DNA of 64,000 nucleotides from Tubulanus polymorphus (GCF_964204645.1 NC_134032.1:1116001-1180000); one strand, 5' to 3'. Positions 41,223 to 55,513 are shown, counted from the first letter of the stretch. Made by a program: numbers and translations. The notes: a model not told the origin generated them from the letters alone.

Positions 41223-41568
41223 ATAATGTTTTATTTTTTTAAGGCGTCAATAAACTTTTCAAGTTCGTTTTTCTTGCTAAAGATCCTTGCCTCCGGGAAA
41301 TAACCCCAACCCAAAACCCGTGATAATGAAAGACTCCTGAAATTATCAAATTTGGTATATATTCGATGGATTTGTAAGTGCGGGCCTCACACCACAGAAA
41401 AATATCAAATTTTATAAAAACGCATGCATGCCATTGGATGAGTTGGCGTTATCCAATGAGTTGGCGTTATCCTACTTTTAACTAATGATTTTAACTTTTT
41501 TCTCTTTATGTTTAAATTTATATTGTAAAGCCAATGAGCATATTTTATATGGATTTTAGGCTCAATAA

Positions 41569-41636
<68 letters not shown>

Positions 41637-42198
41637 CATTATTATTATTATTATTATTAATATTATTATTATTAGGGTTTTCTGACTTTCGTCGAAAACC
41701 CTCTTGAAATTCTGTTGATTATTATTATTATTATATATTTTCCGCCGATTTCGTCAAATGAAATTCATCTTCATTCAGATTCGGCAACTGACAGCTTCGA
41801 AACGAAATGTATAAATTGATACTGTAATAACGGTCTCTCTGAACCAACAGATTGTCTGAATGTACTTTCCATCCTATTTGAAACTTAAAATTACTTATTA
41901 GGTTACTGTAAATAAAGAATTGAATTGAATTGTTAGACAACAAGCACCGGCGAAATAACAGTTTGTGACGTCATTTAGTAAGTAAATAAAGGAGGGCTCC
42001 GAGAATTTCCAAATCACGGGGGACTATACTGGGGTTAGACCATTCAACCAAAAAGAGGATTGCTCCGATAATATCCAAATCATCTCATTTTATTTTTTCC
42101 ATCGAATACCCGGTAATTAATTTTTCCTTTCGATCACATGCATCCAGAGAACCCGTTATCGCTGCTTTGCAGCTATATTTATTATTATTATTATTATG

Positions 42199-42284
<86 letters not shown>

Positions 42285-42436
42285 CCAAAATTGGCTGATA
42301 CGCAGATTTCCCAATTGCACAGATTGTGAAATGCTTGTCATTTTAAGAATTAAATTTCTGTCAAACTTTGCGTGTAATTATCTACACGTATAGTGACGTC
42401 GTAGTCGTGATCTCTTTATCTTATGATTGTAGTTAG

Positions 42437-42586
42437 ATTGTGATTAACCTGCATCGATTGTTTTATGTAACTTCGATATTGATCATTCCTTTCCGTTCTT
42501 GTATTTTCAGGTAAGTTTGATTTCGATGCATTATGAAACACTTTTTCCTCGCTCGCGAAACGAAAGTACATTTCCAGGTCGTAAGT
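42437..42586 (+). other. Candidate recursive splice site (junction 42510/42511) with 70-nt cryptic exon 42511-42580
   Basis: About 72-nt AG-free zone, then TTCCTTTCCGTTCTTGTATTTTCAG|GTAAGT. A second GTAAGT lies at 42581-42586. In-frame stop at 42534-42536 if the exon is joined to exon 1. Confidence 0.7.
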
Positions 42587-42630
42587 TATTAAAGAGTCTT
42601 CAATCTCAAATGTGGAACTGGGTTCAATTA

Positions 42631-42820
42631 AGCCCGCGGCACACGGCAAAACATTTGTTTCGCCGAAACAGAAAACACGTTTTTCAGAAAACGTTTTTTG
42701 CTCGTGAAAAACTTTTTTCAGTTTTTTGTTTTGCCTCCCCCGCACACGGCATAACAAAAAACATCGAAAACATTTTTCACGATGAAAACACTTTTTCTTC
42801 GGTACCGTGCGCGTTGGGCT
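42631..42820. mobile_element. Harbinger-like MITE with TTA TSD
   Basis: TTA-AGCCCGCGGCACACGG...CCGTGCGCGTTGGGCT-TTA. Confidence 0.65.
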
Positions 42821-44672
42821 TTACCGGTTTTGTCGGCACAGTATCAAGAATATAAAATTTTTCTAAATCTTTTTGATTTAACTCCTCTTCGAAGCAAATC
42901 AAAGAAAATTACGCCAAACATCGCGAATGTTAATCCTGTATCTTGATGCAGGCTCGTCAAAAAAAATCAGGATTCGGGAGTTCCAGTCCAAAAAGGATTA
43001 TTTCTACTAGAAATATGGATAAATATGATGAAACTGTATCTTCTGGCCAAGTGTGGCCCTAAGGAGGTTAAAAAATGAACTTATTTGAATATATCCCAAG
43101 TACATTCGGTTTAATTCGAAACTACATTATTGTTGGAATATTCATGAAATAATCGACACGCATCTTGCGGCAGAGCTGGTATTACACGTTCTAGCTATCG
43201 TCGTCAAAATGAAATATAGCCGCCGCGTTAACATAAAAACCACCACACGATTTGTATCGATTTGCGTTTGAACGGAACGAACTGCGAGCATTACCGCTCA
43301 TGATAAACATGACAAACTTCAACAACGGATTAGCTCCAACCCGCGGCAGTTGTCTTAATCTCGGCTTGGATAAAACTTGTATTAACGCTTCTTGTTTCCC
43401 TATAAAGCGAACCAATCTAGAAATAATTTGTAAATTACATTATAGCATGTAATCTTTATAGAATCTTAGAAATGAAATTCGATACACCCTTGTTGAGATC
43501 GAACTCAAACCGAGGGCGGATCTAGGGGGGACCAGAGAGACAGTCCCCCCTAAATCGTTTTTTATTTTTCATTTCATAAAGAAATATGATTTATTCCCTC
43601 ATGACAGCTATCATATCAGAGCCTTAGAGAGCTATGGGGTGCCCTTCATGATTGCTTTTTTGCTCTTCAGTACCCTGGTCCCCGCCTTCCAAAAATCCGC
43701 CCTTGCAACCCCCCTAATTTGCAGTACTTTCCTTTCTAAGATTCTCATATGCCCTGCCTCGCGCCCTGCAAATACTTTTGCCCCGCCAACAATAACCACA
43801 TTTTATGCTTCTTGAAACGATATTGCATTCGGTCATTTTTCTGACCCCTGAACAATAAATTCAATCTCATCTGCTCTTCTCGCGTTGTCGCTTGTATTCC
43901 AACGGCTGCATGTTTTAATTAAACGATATTCTGATACGCATCCCCGAAACCAGTCTCTTTAAACAGGGCACCAGTCTCTCTATATTGTGTTCTAATGACG
44001 ACGACGCAGTTTGTTAATTCAACGTTGTTAAAGCCTACTCGTCGCCACATTCAGTCGCTGTCTCTCTCACGCTCTAAATGCTAACTTATCAATCATGCTC
44101 AATATTTCATTATGGCCGCTATGGCAGCAGTGTTTATTTAGTTTAACACCCTCTACGTGCGTCGCTCGGCGCGCACGAATCAATATTGCGAAAATACTTT
44201 TTTTACACAATGGTTATCGATAACGTCTTATTACGAAGTTATTCCGCTCTTGACATACTCAAGAGAGAGACTAATCATCATTGTTACCGTATTCCAATAT
44301 GGCTGGCATGGCAACTACACAAACGACACCGTTTACATTAATGGCAGATATAGATTTTACTCTTTTATATGGCGTGTTGTTTTTTCTGCCCGTTCCATTT
44401 ACTGTTTGTCTACTTATGAATCAGCGTCGTCCGTCGTCGGCTTAGAGCGTTGTTTTCATTATGGATGAAGGATTATCCAACCGATCTCTCAGGGTTGGCA
44501 TCTATACGGGACTCTTGGGAACGGGAAAGTCTCTCCGACTTGGTGTATATGTGACGATCTTTCAGTCGGAATATGTCAAGCTTCAAGGTCACTAGATAAA
44601 CACCATTCTGAGGTGCATTGAAGATATTTCTATCACTGTTCAAGTTGTTTAGTTTTTATCGCCGTTCCTGGA

Positions 44673-44810
44673 GGGCCAGTTCCATAGTCAAGACTTTAGA
44701 CCAAAAGTGGTCTTAAATCTAAAGATCGGTCTTAAGTTGTTAGATTGGCTATAGAACTTAGTTGGTCTCAGAACGGTCTTACGTGTAAGCCTTGACTATT
44801 GGACCGGCCA
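44673..44810. mobile_element. Diverged MITE family C copy
   Basis: Shares CCAAAAGTGGTCTTAAATCT and GTTGTTAGATTGGCTATAGAACT with 13378-13515. Confidence 0.75.
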
Positions 44811-45895
44811 ATCTAGAATTATGAATCTATACAAAGATATAATAATTAGCAATCTTCTAACGAAAGGTCTTTTGGAGTCATGATGGGATTTTACAGAATT
44901 TAGCAGTTAGCTGCAGCTCTGAGACGAAATCCTTAGTTCATTTCAAATACGATTGAATCAGATTTAACCGATACCTTTTATGATAACACTTGCTCCACCC
45001 TTTTGTTCAAATTATCGAAATTCGTGTACTAGGAGTGAAACTGCTAATTTTGTTGTCTGTCCGTCTGTTTTATCTTTATTGCGCTTATCCCTTGAACGTA
45101 GATCTTTGCATTACGGGTCAATAAAGTTCGATTTGATTTGATTTGTCAGTATATACATGTATGGCGCGTTGCTGCAGTAACATGATGAGACACAGCCCCC
45201 CTCCCCTCCCCCAGACTCATGAATCATTGTAACGTCTCGGCAATTCGTAAATATAGAATTTCGATGACCTTTCGCTGTTTTCAACTTGTGATCGCCATGT
45301 ATGCAGTTCCGCCGTACTTACAGGGGGTGCTATGCGTAGGGGTCGGGGGTACACTCGATAATGAGTCAGCTTCTTAGAAATTCAATAATATCGGTCTTAT
45401 AACCGCAACCACCGAGATACCACCACCACCACCACGCGCGGAATTGTGCGTGTGAATCCGCTGTGGAGATATTTCTAAGAAATTATTTTATTCGAACGAA
45501 CCTGATGGATATAGATAGGAAGATGGTTCTATCGGTGAGTGAACGCGCGTGTTTGCGGATCGAGTGGTCTGGACCGCGGTGAATGAATATGGTTAAGCGG
45601 GGGAGCGATGGGAGGCGAAAAGGTAGGAGTGCAGTTCACTGCGGATAAAAACATTGTTGCGTACAAATTCAACTAGCTATGCTTACTTGAACGATAGAAC
45701 TTATTTGCATTGCAAATGAACTTATTTTTGGCTACGGTCTAACCGACGGGTTATCGGTCCTTCGTTGATATACTCTTTCTTGAATATTCTGTTTTGTAAA
45801 TCCCTGCGAAATAAGTTAAACGTAATGATACAGATGATAGTATTTATTCAATCTCCACGTAATTATTAAGTTTTCTATGTTCTAAGTTTTCCGTA

Positions 45896-46146
45896 TTGTA
45901 ATTATATTAAAAGCAATATTGTCTTTATCTTTTAATCCTAACGTTTCACTTCACTCGGCGCTGGTCATTTGGACTTAGTTCTACTAACGTCTGGCCATTG
46001 TCTAGTGGAGCAATATAAATTCACGTCCCTTTATCCCTCTCTCTCTCTCTTTCTCATTGGCTGTCGTCTCGACAATAAAGCGAGCTTTTAATCATTTCAA
46101 TATCGTTTGTGTTTGGTGACTATTCTGAGCTAGTTCCAGGTATCAG
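45896..46146 (+). repeat. Interspersed repeat, inverted copy at about 53518-53770
   Basis: TTTGTGTTTGGTGACTATTCTGAGCTAGTTCCAGGTATCAG and further blocks match in reverse complement. Confidence 0.8.
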
Positions 46147-46206
46147 AAAGAAAAGATAATGTTAACAAAAATATGAATTACGCGTTATTGAGATATAGAG
46201 AAAGGC

Positions 46207-46489
46207 AATAAGATAAAATCCCACTATTTACAGATTAAAAGAATTTAAAAACCAGAATTTATTTATTCAATCTAAATTATATAAAAGACACGACGTTTTT
46301 AGTCTATTTCTGTTTTTAGTCTATTTCTCACACCTGACGATGATCTCTAGGGTGAGATCGAAACGTCGTGTCTTTTAAATATTTTAGATTTAATAAATAA
46401 ATTCTGGTTTTTGAATTCTTTTAATCTGTTAAAAGTGGGATTTCATCTTATTATCCGTTCACCACGTTTGAGTGTGGTTATCGTTCTAC
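46207..46489 (+). mobile_element. Penelope-like palindromic end fragment (family 2) with target-site duplication
   Basis: Same inverted arms and tail as 6960-7218; flanked by TATAGAGAAAGGC (46194-46206) and TATAGAGAAAAGC (46490-46502). Confidence 0.75.
46330..46371 (+). ncRNA. Minimal type-I hammerhead ribozyme motif with GUC cleavage triplet
   Basis: ACAC-CTGACGA-T-GATCTC(TAGGGT)GAGATC-GAA-ACGT-C-GTGT; stems I and II pair perfectly; palindromic stem III. Confidence 0.75.
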
Positions 46490-48415
46490 TATAGAGAAAA
46501 GCGGTCGGAACGAAAAATGAACTCCGCGGCGCCGAGTTGGTCTGAGTAAGTAAGGCAAGCCGGAATTGGAGTGAAATGTGAGATATGCGTACCTCTAATA
46601 CGAAGCCTAACATAAAGAAAAAAACCAATTATAGGTGACACAAAAAATATCAAATAACCATGGCGACGTATCTTGCGTATTGTTGCGTCACGAGTGGAAT
46701 ATTGTAAGCGAACGGTTGACCATTCCGTCTAACATTATTCGATCAGAATTAAGTGATATCTCCTCAAAATCTAATGAACATGTTCGACCGTAACTCGTGA
46801 AGTACGTGGTTCATGTACCGCAGACCCTCAATTGTGGTTTCGCTATTAATCAAAGATTTTTTCAGTCAAAGAATCGAAAATGCAGCCTACAAAATGTTTT
46901 TTCGGTCGCTTGAGTTCAGCGTTTATCGGTAACCCTGAACAATCGCACCGGTGCGGAGGTGCTTACTGTTGGACGAGTTGAAAGTATGGCCTTGCCCTTT
47001 GATTTGTTTGGTCTGTCCTCCTCATTATGGCCTTTCACCTTATCCAATTACTATCTCTTTCAATAAGTAATTTGCATATTCCATCTTCGTATGAAAATAG
47101 TTTATGAATCATTCAATCAGAAATCGGTCAAGGTCGAAATGTGGAGGCCAGGCCCAAAACATGACAGGAGAGGAGGCCAACTGAAAGGCCATCTTGCGCA
47201 CTCACCCCTTAGCTGTTGAAGTTTTCGCTCATCTATTATTCCAACAGGCATTTGTTGTTTGGATCTATTTAGCATGTCGATAACCAGCGTTATTAGGGAA
47301 GTTAACCAATATAATGAATTGCGCAACAATAATAGAGGGCAGCACTGTCTGGCGACGCGAGAATTTTTACAATTCGATAATTCATTTGATATTTCATCTC
47401 GGATAATTTGCAGCGCTGTTTCTCGTGTCGAGATACTATTTGTATCCGCAGCGTCAAAGCCAAACCCCTCGGGGCTTCTTGTTTGACTTAGAAAAGCATA
47501 AAAATAGCATGAGGAATAAGCATAAAATACCTGCACGGCGCACACAAACCGTGGGGGTGAAAGGCGCACACCCGAACATTTATACCCGATCCATGAAACA
47601 GGCTCCGGTTAATTACAATATACTAACCCAGTGATTAGATATGAGCAGAAAGAAAAATTAACAAAAACACTTTGAATAAAAAAAAGATTTAAAAAAAAGA
47701 AATAATAAAAAATAGTAAGATATGACAACAAAAACAGATCAACAAAAACATTATAAATAAAGAAAACAGTTTAAAAAAGAAATAATAAAAATGATTAGAT
47801 ATGACAACGCAAACAAACAAAAACATAATAAATTTTTGAAAAATTTTAAAAAAAGTTTGAAAAATAAAAAATAAAAAGGAAATAATAATAATGAAATTGT
47901 TTTATATCCTATTTGGAAAGAGTAGTTGAACTGAAAATTAAATGAGACAATAATGACTTAAAGAACTTTCCCTCTCTGTCGTAAGGTGTTTTTACACTTA
48001 AAACACGGAGCTTTATGTAATTTTATTTTTAAACGGCAATTTTTCGCTACAATCAAGACATGTAATAATAATATTTTCAGTCCCCCGCCACCTGACTCCA
48101 GTGGGTGCGATGCAGATGTAATGGAGCTTTCCATTTGAAAAAAGTAAGATATAAAAAAAAAACAGTCTTTAGATATGCGATAAACAACTTCAGCATGACT
48201 GTCGTTATTTCTGTTTTAACAAGCGGGGTGTAAAACGCTCACGTCCGGCGAGTGAATCGTCGATATTTACAGCTGCCACGCCCGACATCGGTTCGCGAGC
48301 GAACTAAACTCACTCGATTTTTTGCCGCGTTACGGATCAATTCGATTCCGTTTCGGTGAATTATTTTTCGGGTGTGTTTTATTATTCAGGAAAATAGTTG
48401 ATTCGTCTTGTTTAG

Positions 48416-48550
48416 AAACTGTGACTTACAGGTAGCGCGCTAGAACTGTGACTTACAGGTAGCGCGCTAGAAACTGTGACTTACAGGTAGCGCGCTAGAA
48501 ACTGTGACTTACAGGTAGCGCGCTAGAACTGTGACTTACAGGTAGCGCGC
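48416..48550. repeat. 27-28-bp tandem repeat, 5 copies
   Basis: AACTGTGACTTACAGGTAGCGCGCTAG(A). Confidence 0.92.
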
Positions 48551-49771
48551 ACCGGGTCTCTATCGGTTATAGTTTGAATTGTTTATCCAGGCACCAACCC
48601 ACCCACTGGCGCGAGATGAATACTTATTGAAAATTTACCATTCCTAACGACGAAACCATCGAATACAATCTGGCGGTAGAGTGGAGACGGGAGTTGAGAG
48701 GAGAATGATAACGGAACGCCGGATTGGCAGCGTTTGCCTCGTAACAACGTCACGTGTCCGACTCCTAAACCCCTTAATGATCGCACCATCTGTGTCATTG
48801 AAACATCGACCTTGAGATTACCGACGTCTTAATAATGATGGGTGCAGGGTCCAGTCGGCGGCGACGCTACAGTCAAGCCTAATCCATTCAACTGCATTAC
48901 AATCATTCACGCGCAGTAACTGAGCTGTGAGCAAGGTTGTCATTAGCAACTAATCATAACTAGGTCCTGCTACTACTGCGCAGTCGGAATATCGTGTCGC
49001 GTAAAATCGAGTTTAACCGCGTGTCGAATTCGTTTAGAATCCATGGCCATTTTGTTTAATTGCGATGCTCATTCAGTTCGGAATTCTATAATTGATACGC
49101 TTCTGGAATCCCCAGTAGCAGGAAATCTTGCCTATTTTTGCCTATTTTGCCTAAATTTGCCTGTTTTAGGCAAATCTAGGCATATTTTGGCAAAAGAAAT
49201 ATTGGAACCCTATTTTTTTTTAAACATTATAATTATGTTACGCAGAATCAAGTGACATTTCGCTTTTAACAAAGAAATCTAACGAGACTTTTTAATTTTA
49301 CATGTTGACCTACTCTATAACCGATCTAGACTCGGTCACAACCGCGCTCGCGCCATTCGTCAACAACGGATTAGTTTTCCCGGAGTAAACGATAGCAAAA
49401 TGGCGAAAGTAATCCGATATGTCGGTTACTGAAATACGTGAATTACAATAATTTTTGACGCCGTAAAAACCATTACGATAATGTTTACATACATTGATAC
49501 CCAGTATACGTTAGGGGTACTGTGTGAGTCGATGCGCGCTACGTCATCAATAGTGACGTTTCAAAATAACAATTACAATTGTGAATTTTGACATTTATTT
49601 TGTAACTTAATATATTTCCTAACTTATTTTTGATAAATTTTGATAATTATTCTGGAGAGGATGTGTGCTACGTCATCAATATATCCGTTAGACTGGTAAA
49701 TGTGTTAGACTGGTTGACTGGTTAGACGATATATGTGTTAGACAGGTTGCCGGTCAATTCGATTCAATTAT

Positions 49772-49831
<60 letters not shown>

Positions 49832-50928
49832 ATCTAAAATAACTAAAATTGATCCTTGATACACGTGTATATGATTGATATCATCAGTTCTATTGTCGAA
49901 AGTATTAAGCAGCATATTAGTTTACAAACTATATTATCGATAAATGTTGTCGATGTAGATATTTTTCAGTCGAGTTTGTCTAAAGCGGCTATGTTCCTGT
50001 ACCTCCGTATCTATGCTGTTAGCAGACGAGGTGAATGTACGCTTATGTTGTAATGCACCGAGATACGCGCGAGATTATTGCGCAATCGATGTTTATTAGA
50101 TGAAATGACTAATCAGTAGTTGTAATTAGTTCGTCTGCTCAGGATAACGCGCGTCTGTCTGTGTGTGTGTTTTAGGTTAACCTCGCCACCGCGTTTAGAT
50201 TAACCTTGAGGGAAGATATTTATGAGTAGGGATAAGAATATTAACCAAATTCTACTCTTTTCTCTTCACCCCGTCTCCACTCCTCTGTATACTGCCTAGG
50301 CCCGTAGCGTGAGGTCTGGGGGCCCGCTCCGCTGGAAAGATTCTCACGAAGCCGACGCTCGGATACGGCCTACCGTTCCCGGATTCCCGTTGACCGCAGA
50401 TCTAAATGAATGATCAAATTAAAGAATTCAAATTCGAACTGTATTCAGCATAAACGTGAAAACATTAGTTTTCAACTGATACATTTACGGTAAAATCAAG
50501 TATATAGATAATCGGAGATAAGCAAGCAATAAAATGAGGCATAATATTAGCACTAAATACATGCATTCTTTTGTAACGATTTTACATCTAAATTCATAAA
50601 ACTCTTTTTATAGCACCTTAAATATTGAAGTACAAATACAACAGCTGGCATCGAGAACCCCGGTGTTATTCAGTAGCGTGGGGTGAACCACCTGCTGAAC
50701 CACCTGCATGCACTTTTAGCAGCCGCTATATTACGTATTCGACACAACAACAGATATATGTGAATTAATATAAATATTGTTATATTACGGGTGGGCTATA
50801 GAATTTCCCTCGATACGGAATTTATGTATTGCGATCCTCTTTAATATCACTGGTATTTATTCCGGCAGTAATAAACTGTCTTGGCCCGAGTCGTATCACA
50901 TGTATCCGACGGTGTTTTATTGCTATTG

Positions 50929-51048
<120 letters not shown>

Positions 51049-51947
51049 GCAATCTTCTTTCGAACTATTATGTTCACCATCCATCTGTCTTCAAATTTAT
51101 TAACTTATTAACTAGGCAAGTGTTTATATCAATTATTTAAAAGAAGAAAATAATTGCTACTCAGGGACCATAATCTCTAAATCGCATAAACCGTCGTATG
51201 TATCATCATCTTTTATTTATTGCGCGTTTAAGGAACCAATCTGTTCGTCAGTTTCGGTGGAGACAAAAAGCACTATCCACAAAAACTGATTGTTCTCATC
51301 CTCTCTCCGCTCCTCCTTCCCTCCACGTTTTCATCCTTCCCTGTCTTTCTCATCTCAAATCCTCCCGTTCATGCGGCCCCTTATCCTTTCCAATCTCTCT
51401 TTTTCCCTCTAAGATGTTCGTAGATATTGACTTGGTCGATGATTAACCGGATAGTAAGAAGCCGGTTTACCTTTAAGAGTAAATTCAATGAATTCCGTTA
51501 TCGATCGGACCGTTCTACCGCAAGGCTAGATCCAATCCATCAGAGCTCGCGATAATTCCATCAAAGTGCTCACTGCAATGATCCGGTTCGAATCCCGCAT
51601 TTTATCCGCGTCGTGTCGTTCGGCTTATCCGTGTATTAACGCCTTTGCCGAATCTATATATATATATATGGATGGTCGTTTTATGTGGGCTAGAATGAAA
51701 CTACAGATTAATCCTAAATGAATCTCCCGATATCTCGATCAAGGTCAAGTTCGTGAATGTCAGTGTCATTGTGATTTTCGCAAGGTCATGGAGCTATGTA
51801 AGGAATGAGATCATTTGAAATTAGTCTTAGTTTCTGTCGCTATTTCTTGATATTTTTTCACGAACTTGTCTCACATCAATAGAGAGTTTCGGCGTCGCGT
51901 TTTCTGACTACGTGAACGACTAAATCCCCACGTTCATGGGAAGTGCG

Positions 51948-52325
51948 GCACTCAAAACTGTAACGTCACGTCAAAAAGGCCATACGTCACATTTCGCGTA
52001 CTCATAGAGCACGGTGCCGAAACTCTTTACCGCAAGCTTCACGGGTAGCTAGTAGTCTTTTGAGTACTTTAAACGATTCATCGATTTGAAGTATATGTGG
52101 TACAATGTGTAAATAATGGTGTATTTACTTTTAGCAAAATACGTCGGGAAGTACTACGCACAAAACCGTGACGTCACGTCAAGAAGGCCATACGTCATGG
52201 TGCCGAAATTTCACGGGTAGCTAGTAGTCTTCCGCGTACTTTAAATGAATCTTCGATTTGAAATATACGTGGTACAAGAATAGATGTGTAGATAATGGTG
52301 TGTTTAGTTAATAGCAAAATACGTC
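51948..52325. repeat. ~200-bp diverged tandem duplication
   Basis: ACGTCACGTCAARAAGGCCATACGTCA, TTCACGGGTAGCTAGTAGTCTT and TAGCAAAATACGTC each occur twice in order. Confidence 0.75.
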
Positions 52326-52619
52326 TCTAGGAATCGATTCTTTCTTCTAATCGAACTGTCAAAATAATATCATCAGGGAAAGAGTTGACAATATCGTTCC
52401 GTATTCTATGTTATATCGAACAGGAATTATCTCCATGCGTTGGTTGATTAATTAAATAGTCTATATTTTTGCGAGATGCAATGATATAAAGATGTTGTCG
52501 TTTGAATCCCTCATCGCTAATGAATGAACAACAAGAGCTCTTCTGGCTTTGCGTTTGTTGTGATAGCAACTTTAAAGCACGGTTGGCTTCAAACGGTTCA
52601 GACAGCGGCAAGTTACGAC

Positions 52620-52830
52620 AGAACGTCGTTTCTGTGGCGGTTTGTTCCCGCCGCGTCGCGATGTCGCTGTCTTCGAGCTGACTCTTTAGGGAGTCCTTGA
52701 ATCGGAAGCATCGGCGACCCGCGTTGCGGTGACCTTCGCGGTTGACTGTACATTGCGGATGCAGGGGTTATCCATCCGCGTACTAGATGGCCAGACCAAC
52801 GGAGCTGACATTTCGTGATAATGATACCGT
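52620..52830 (-). mobile_element. Decayed RTE-clade LINE ORF fragment
   Basis: QLRWSGHLVR then, after frameshifts, EGHRNAGRRCFRFKDSLKSQL, matching RTE C-terminal motifs. Confidence 0.7.
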
Positions 52831-52850
52831 TAACAAAGAAATACAATGTT

Positions 52851-52976
52851 CAGTTGCTGAAAAGTTGGTTAAAGATAGCCGGTGGATAAAAACCGTAGTA
52901 ACGATGAAATTTTAATTGTCACTATCTCAACTATATCCACTGGTTAACTCTAAACCAGCTTTTGAGCAACTGGCCC
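52851..52976. mobile_element. CWG-type MITE family F
   Basis: CAGTTGCTGAAAAGTTGGTT...AACCAGCTTTTGAGCAACTGGCCC-CAG; partial relatives near 29411-29500 and 10965-11051. Confidence 0.7.
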
Positions 52977-54897
52977 CAGGTTCCAAGTGTCTGGACCCTC
53001 AAGAGTTTATGTGTTTGAATCCTGGTTGTAACAGCTAGTCCGCGTTCGCGCACTGGTATATCTCATTAATCCAGGGTTCGTGAATGTTGGCTGTTGCAGC
53101 CAGTTAACTCTCATCAATTCAGGGTTGTCAGGTTCTATCGCTGGTGCTAGCAGTCAGTCAGTATGTGGTACGCGTTTGAATCATGGCGGTGTAGCAGTCA
53201 GTCATCCGTCTTTCACAAACCGGCCTCACGTCTATCCAGGGTTCATAGGTTTGAACCCGAGTGATTGTAATCAATCAGTCTTTCGCTCGGGTCCCACGTC
53301 AACTGTTGACTACTGGTGGCCAGTCCAGGCCTTTCACGTGATAGCCTCATCAATCCATGTGCCACGTTTTTGTGATAGGCTATAGTCAGTTTACCTCTGG
53401 TCAATCAATAATTCATCAATGGTCGACGGGATTGGCGGCGGTGGTGAAGTCGGCCTTGCACGGCTATTGATCATCTCAATTTAGGATTCTGAAATTAGTG
53501 AGTTTGAGGCCTCGTTGCTGATACCTGGAACTAGCTCAGAATAGTCACCAAACACAAAATATATTCAAATAATTAAAAGCCTGCTTTATTGTCGATACGA
53601 GAGCCAGAGAGGAAAAAGAGTGAGGGATAGAGTGACATGAATTAATATTGCTCCACTAGACAATGGCCAGATGTCAGTAGAACAAAGTCCATTGACCAGC
53701 GCCGAGTGAAGTGTATACGGTCGGGATTGAAATGATAAGGATAAAATTGGTTTTAAAAGAATTACAATATGTATTACATGATATATTTTAAATAATATGA
53801 TGTATAATGACGTCGTCTGTATCATTGCGCAGATGATAATGAGCTAAAGCCTAATATGGGTTGGAAACAACTAGTAGATTTACCAAGCGAAGCGAAGTGC
53901 TCAAAATCCATCTACTTATAAAATGTGTTCGTATTCGCGTCACAAAGGTTATCTTTAAAGTTTAGCGTTGGGTTCAGTAGAATGAGTGATTTTAGAGAAT
54001 GACGACATTTGGAGTAAACAATCTCGTTAATTGAAACTGATTCGTCGCTTTCATAAATTAGAAAAATAATTTCGCTGTACTTCAGAATCTTCTTCCGTTT
54101 TAGTGTTACTGCATCTTATCATCGAGTATTTACATGGAGATCCGCCGCGAGTAGTACTGGGTAAATCGATCGTTAATCTACCCCTGGTAGGCGAGGACAG
54201 TCGCGCAGACTGATCGTCACTATACCAGATGATTGATGCTATATTTAGAACACGATCGATAACGAGGCCTGTTCGCTCTCGTCGTCGGTTCGCGTTCGGA
54301 TTTGTATCGCGGATAAATAATACCTAAACGGCTAATATCGATCGACGAATCGACGATCACTCGGCTCTATCGACGCGCTGTATGGCTGAGGACCCCGGAA
54401 CACTTTCCTGCCAGATGGCGTATCTGTTGACAGTGAGGCAAACCACAAATCAAGATCCACTACTTCTTATATATGACATTTTTGGTATAAATGTATCAAT
54501 TACTTTATTAAGGAATTAATGGTTAGATCTTATTCGAATCTGTATAGAACTCCTGCATCGGTACACGGCTCTCTGTAAGCGCACCTCGCTTGCCAGCGGC
54601 GTTGGAGCCCTCTTTGAACGCGTCGCGCACTCTGCGCGCGCACGTTGCCTAATAAACGATGATTGTTGCTTGCAGTTGTTATGAAACGTTTCGCCGATGA
54701 AACTCGACGGGATGCTTTCTTAGAAATCTGCTTCTGCCAACAGCTAACTTTCGATCACAATCATGCTGAGGTTTTGATCGTGACCTTGAATCGGTTTAAA
54801 CGGCACCTTATATATAGATTTTGAATGTAGATCTACTACAGTTTGTTACTTAAAAATCAACTTTTAGAATCAAAGGTTTTTCACATTGATATTGTCA

Positions 54898-55513
54898 TCT
54901 CCCTCTCCTGGCTCTCCCACTCCCTCCCCTGGCTCTCCCTCTTCCTCACCCTCTCCCTCTTCCTCTCCTGGCTTTCCCTCTCCATCTCCTGGCTCTCCCT
55001 CTCCTGGCTCTCCCTCTCCCTCTTCCTCTCCCTCTCCCTCTTCCTCTCCTGGCTTTCCCTCTCCATCTCCTGGCTCTCCCTCTCCCTCTCCTGGCTCTCC
55101 CTCTCCCTCTCCCCTCCCTCTCCTGGCTCTCCCCCTCCCTCTCCTGGCTCTCCCTCTCCTGGCTCTCCCTCTCCCTCTCCTGGCTCTCCCCCTCCCTCTC
55201 CTGGCTCTCCCTCTCCTGGCTCTCCCTCTCCCTCTCCTGGCTCTCCCTCTCCTTGCTCTCCCTCTCCCCTCCCTCTCCTGACTCTCCCCCTCCCTCTCCT
55301 GGCTCTCCCTCTCCTGGCTCTCCCTCTCCCTCTCCCTCTTCCTCTCCTGGCTCTCCCTCTCCCTCTCCTGGCTCTCCCTCTCCTTGCTCTCCCTCTCCCC
55401 TCCCTCTCCTGACTCTCCCTCTCCCTCTCCTTGCTCTCCCTCTCCCCTCCCTCTCCTGACTCTCCCCCTCCGTCTCCTGGCTCTCCCTCCCTCTCCGTCT
55501 CCTGGCTCTCCCT
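54898..55513. repeat. CT-rich minisatellite (CTCCTGGCTCTCCCT-based); relative at 59386-59818
   Basis: Direct reading; the reverse-complement unit GAGAGCCAGGAG occurs at about 63120-63265. Confidence 0.92.

Noticed and set aside
47117-47569. 150-aa minus-strand ORF (also 21839-22297, 152 aa, and 28660-28916)
   Set aside because: No recognisable motif or splice structure; length is compatible with chance or decayed transposon sequence. A BLASTx would settle it.
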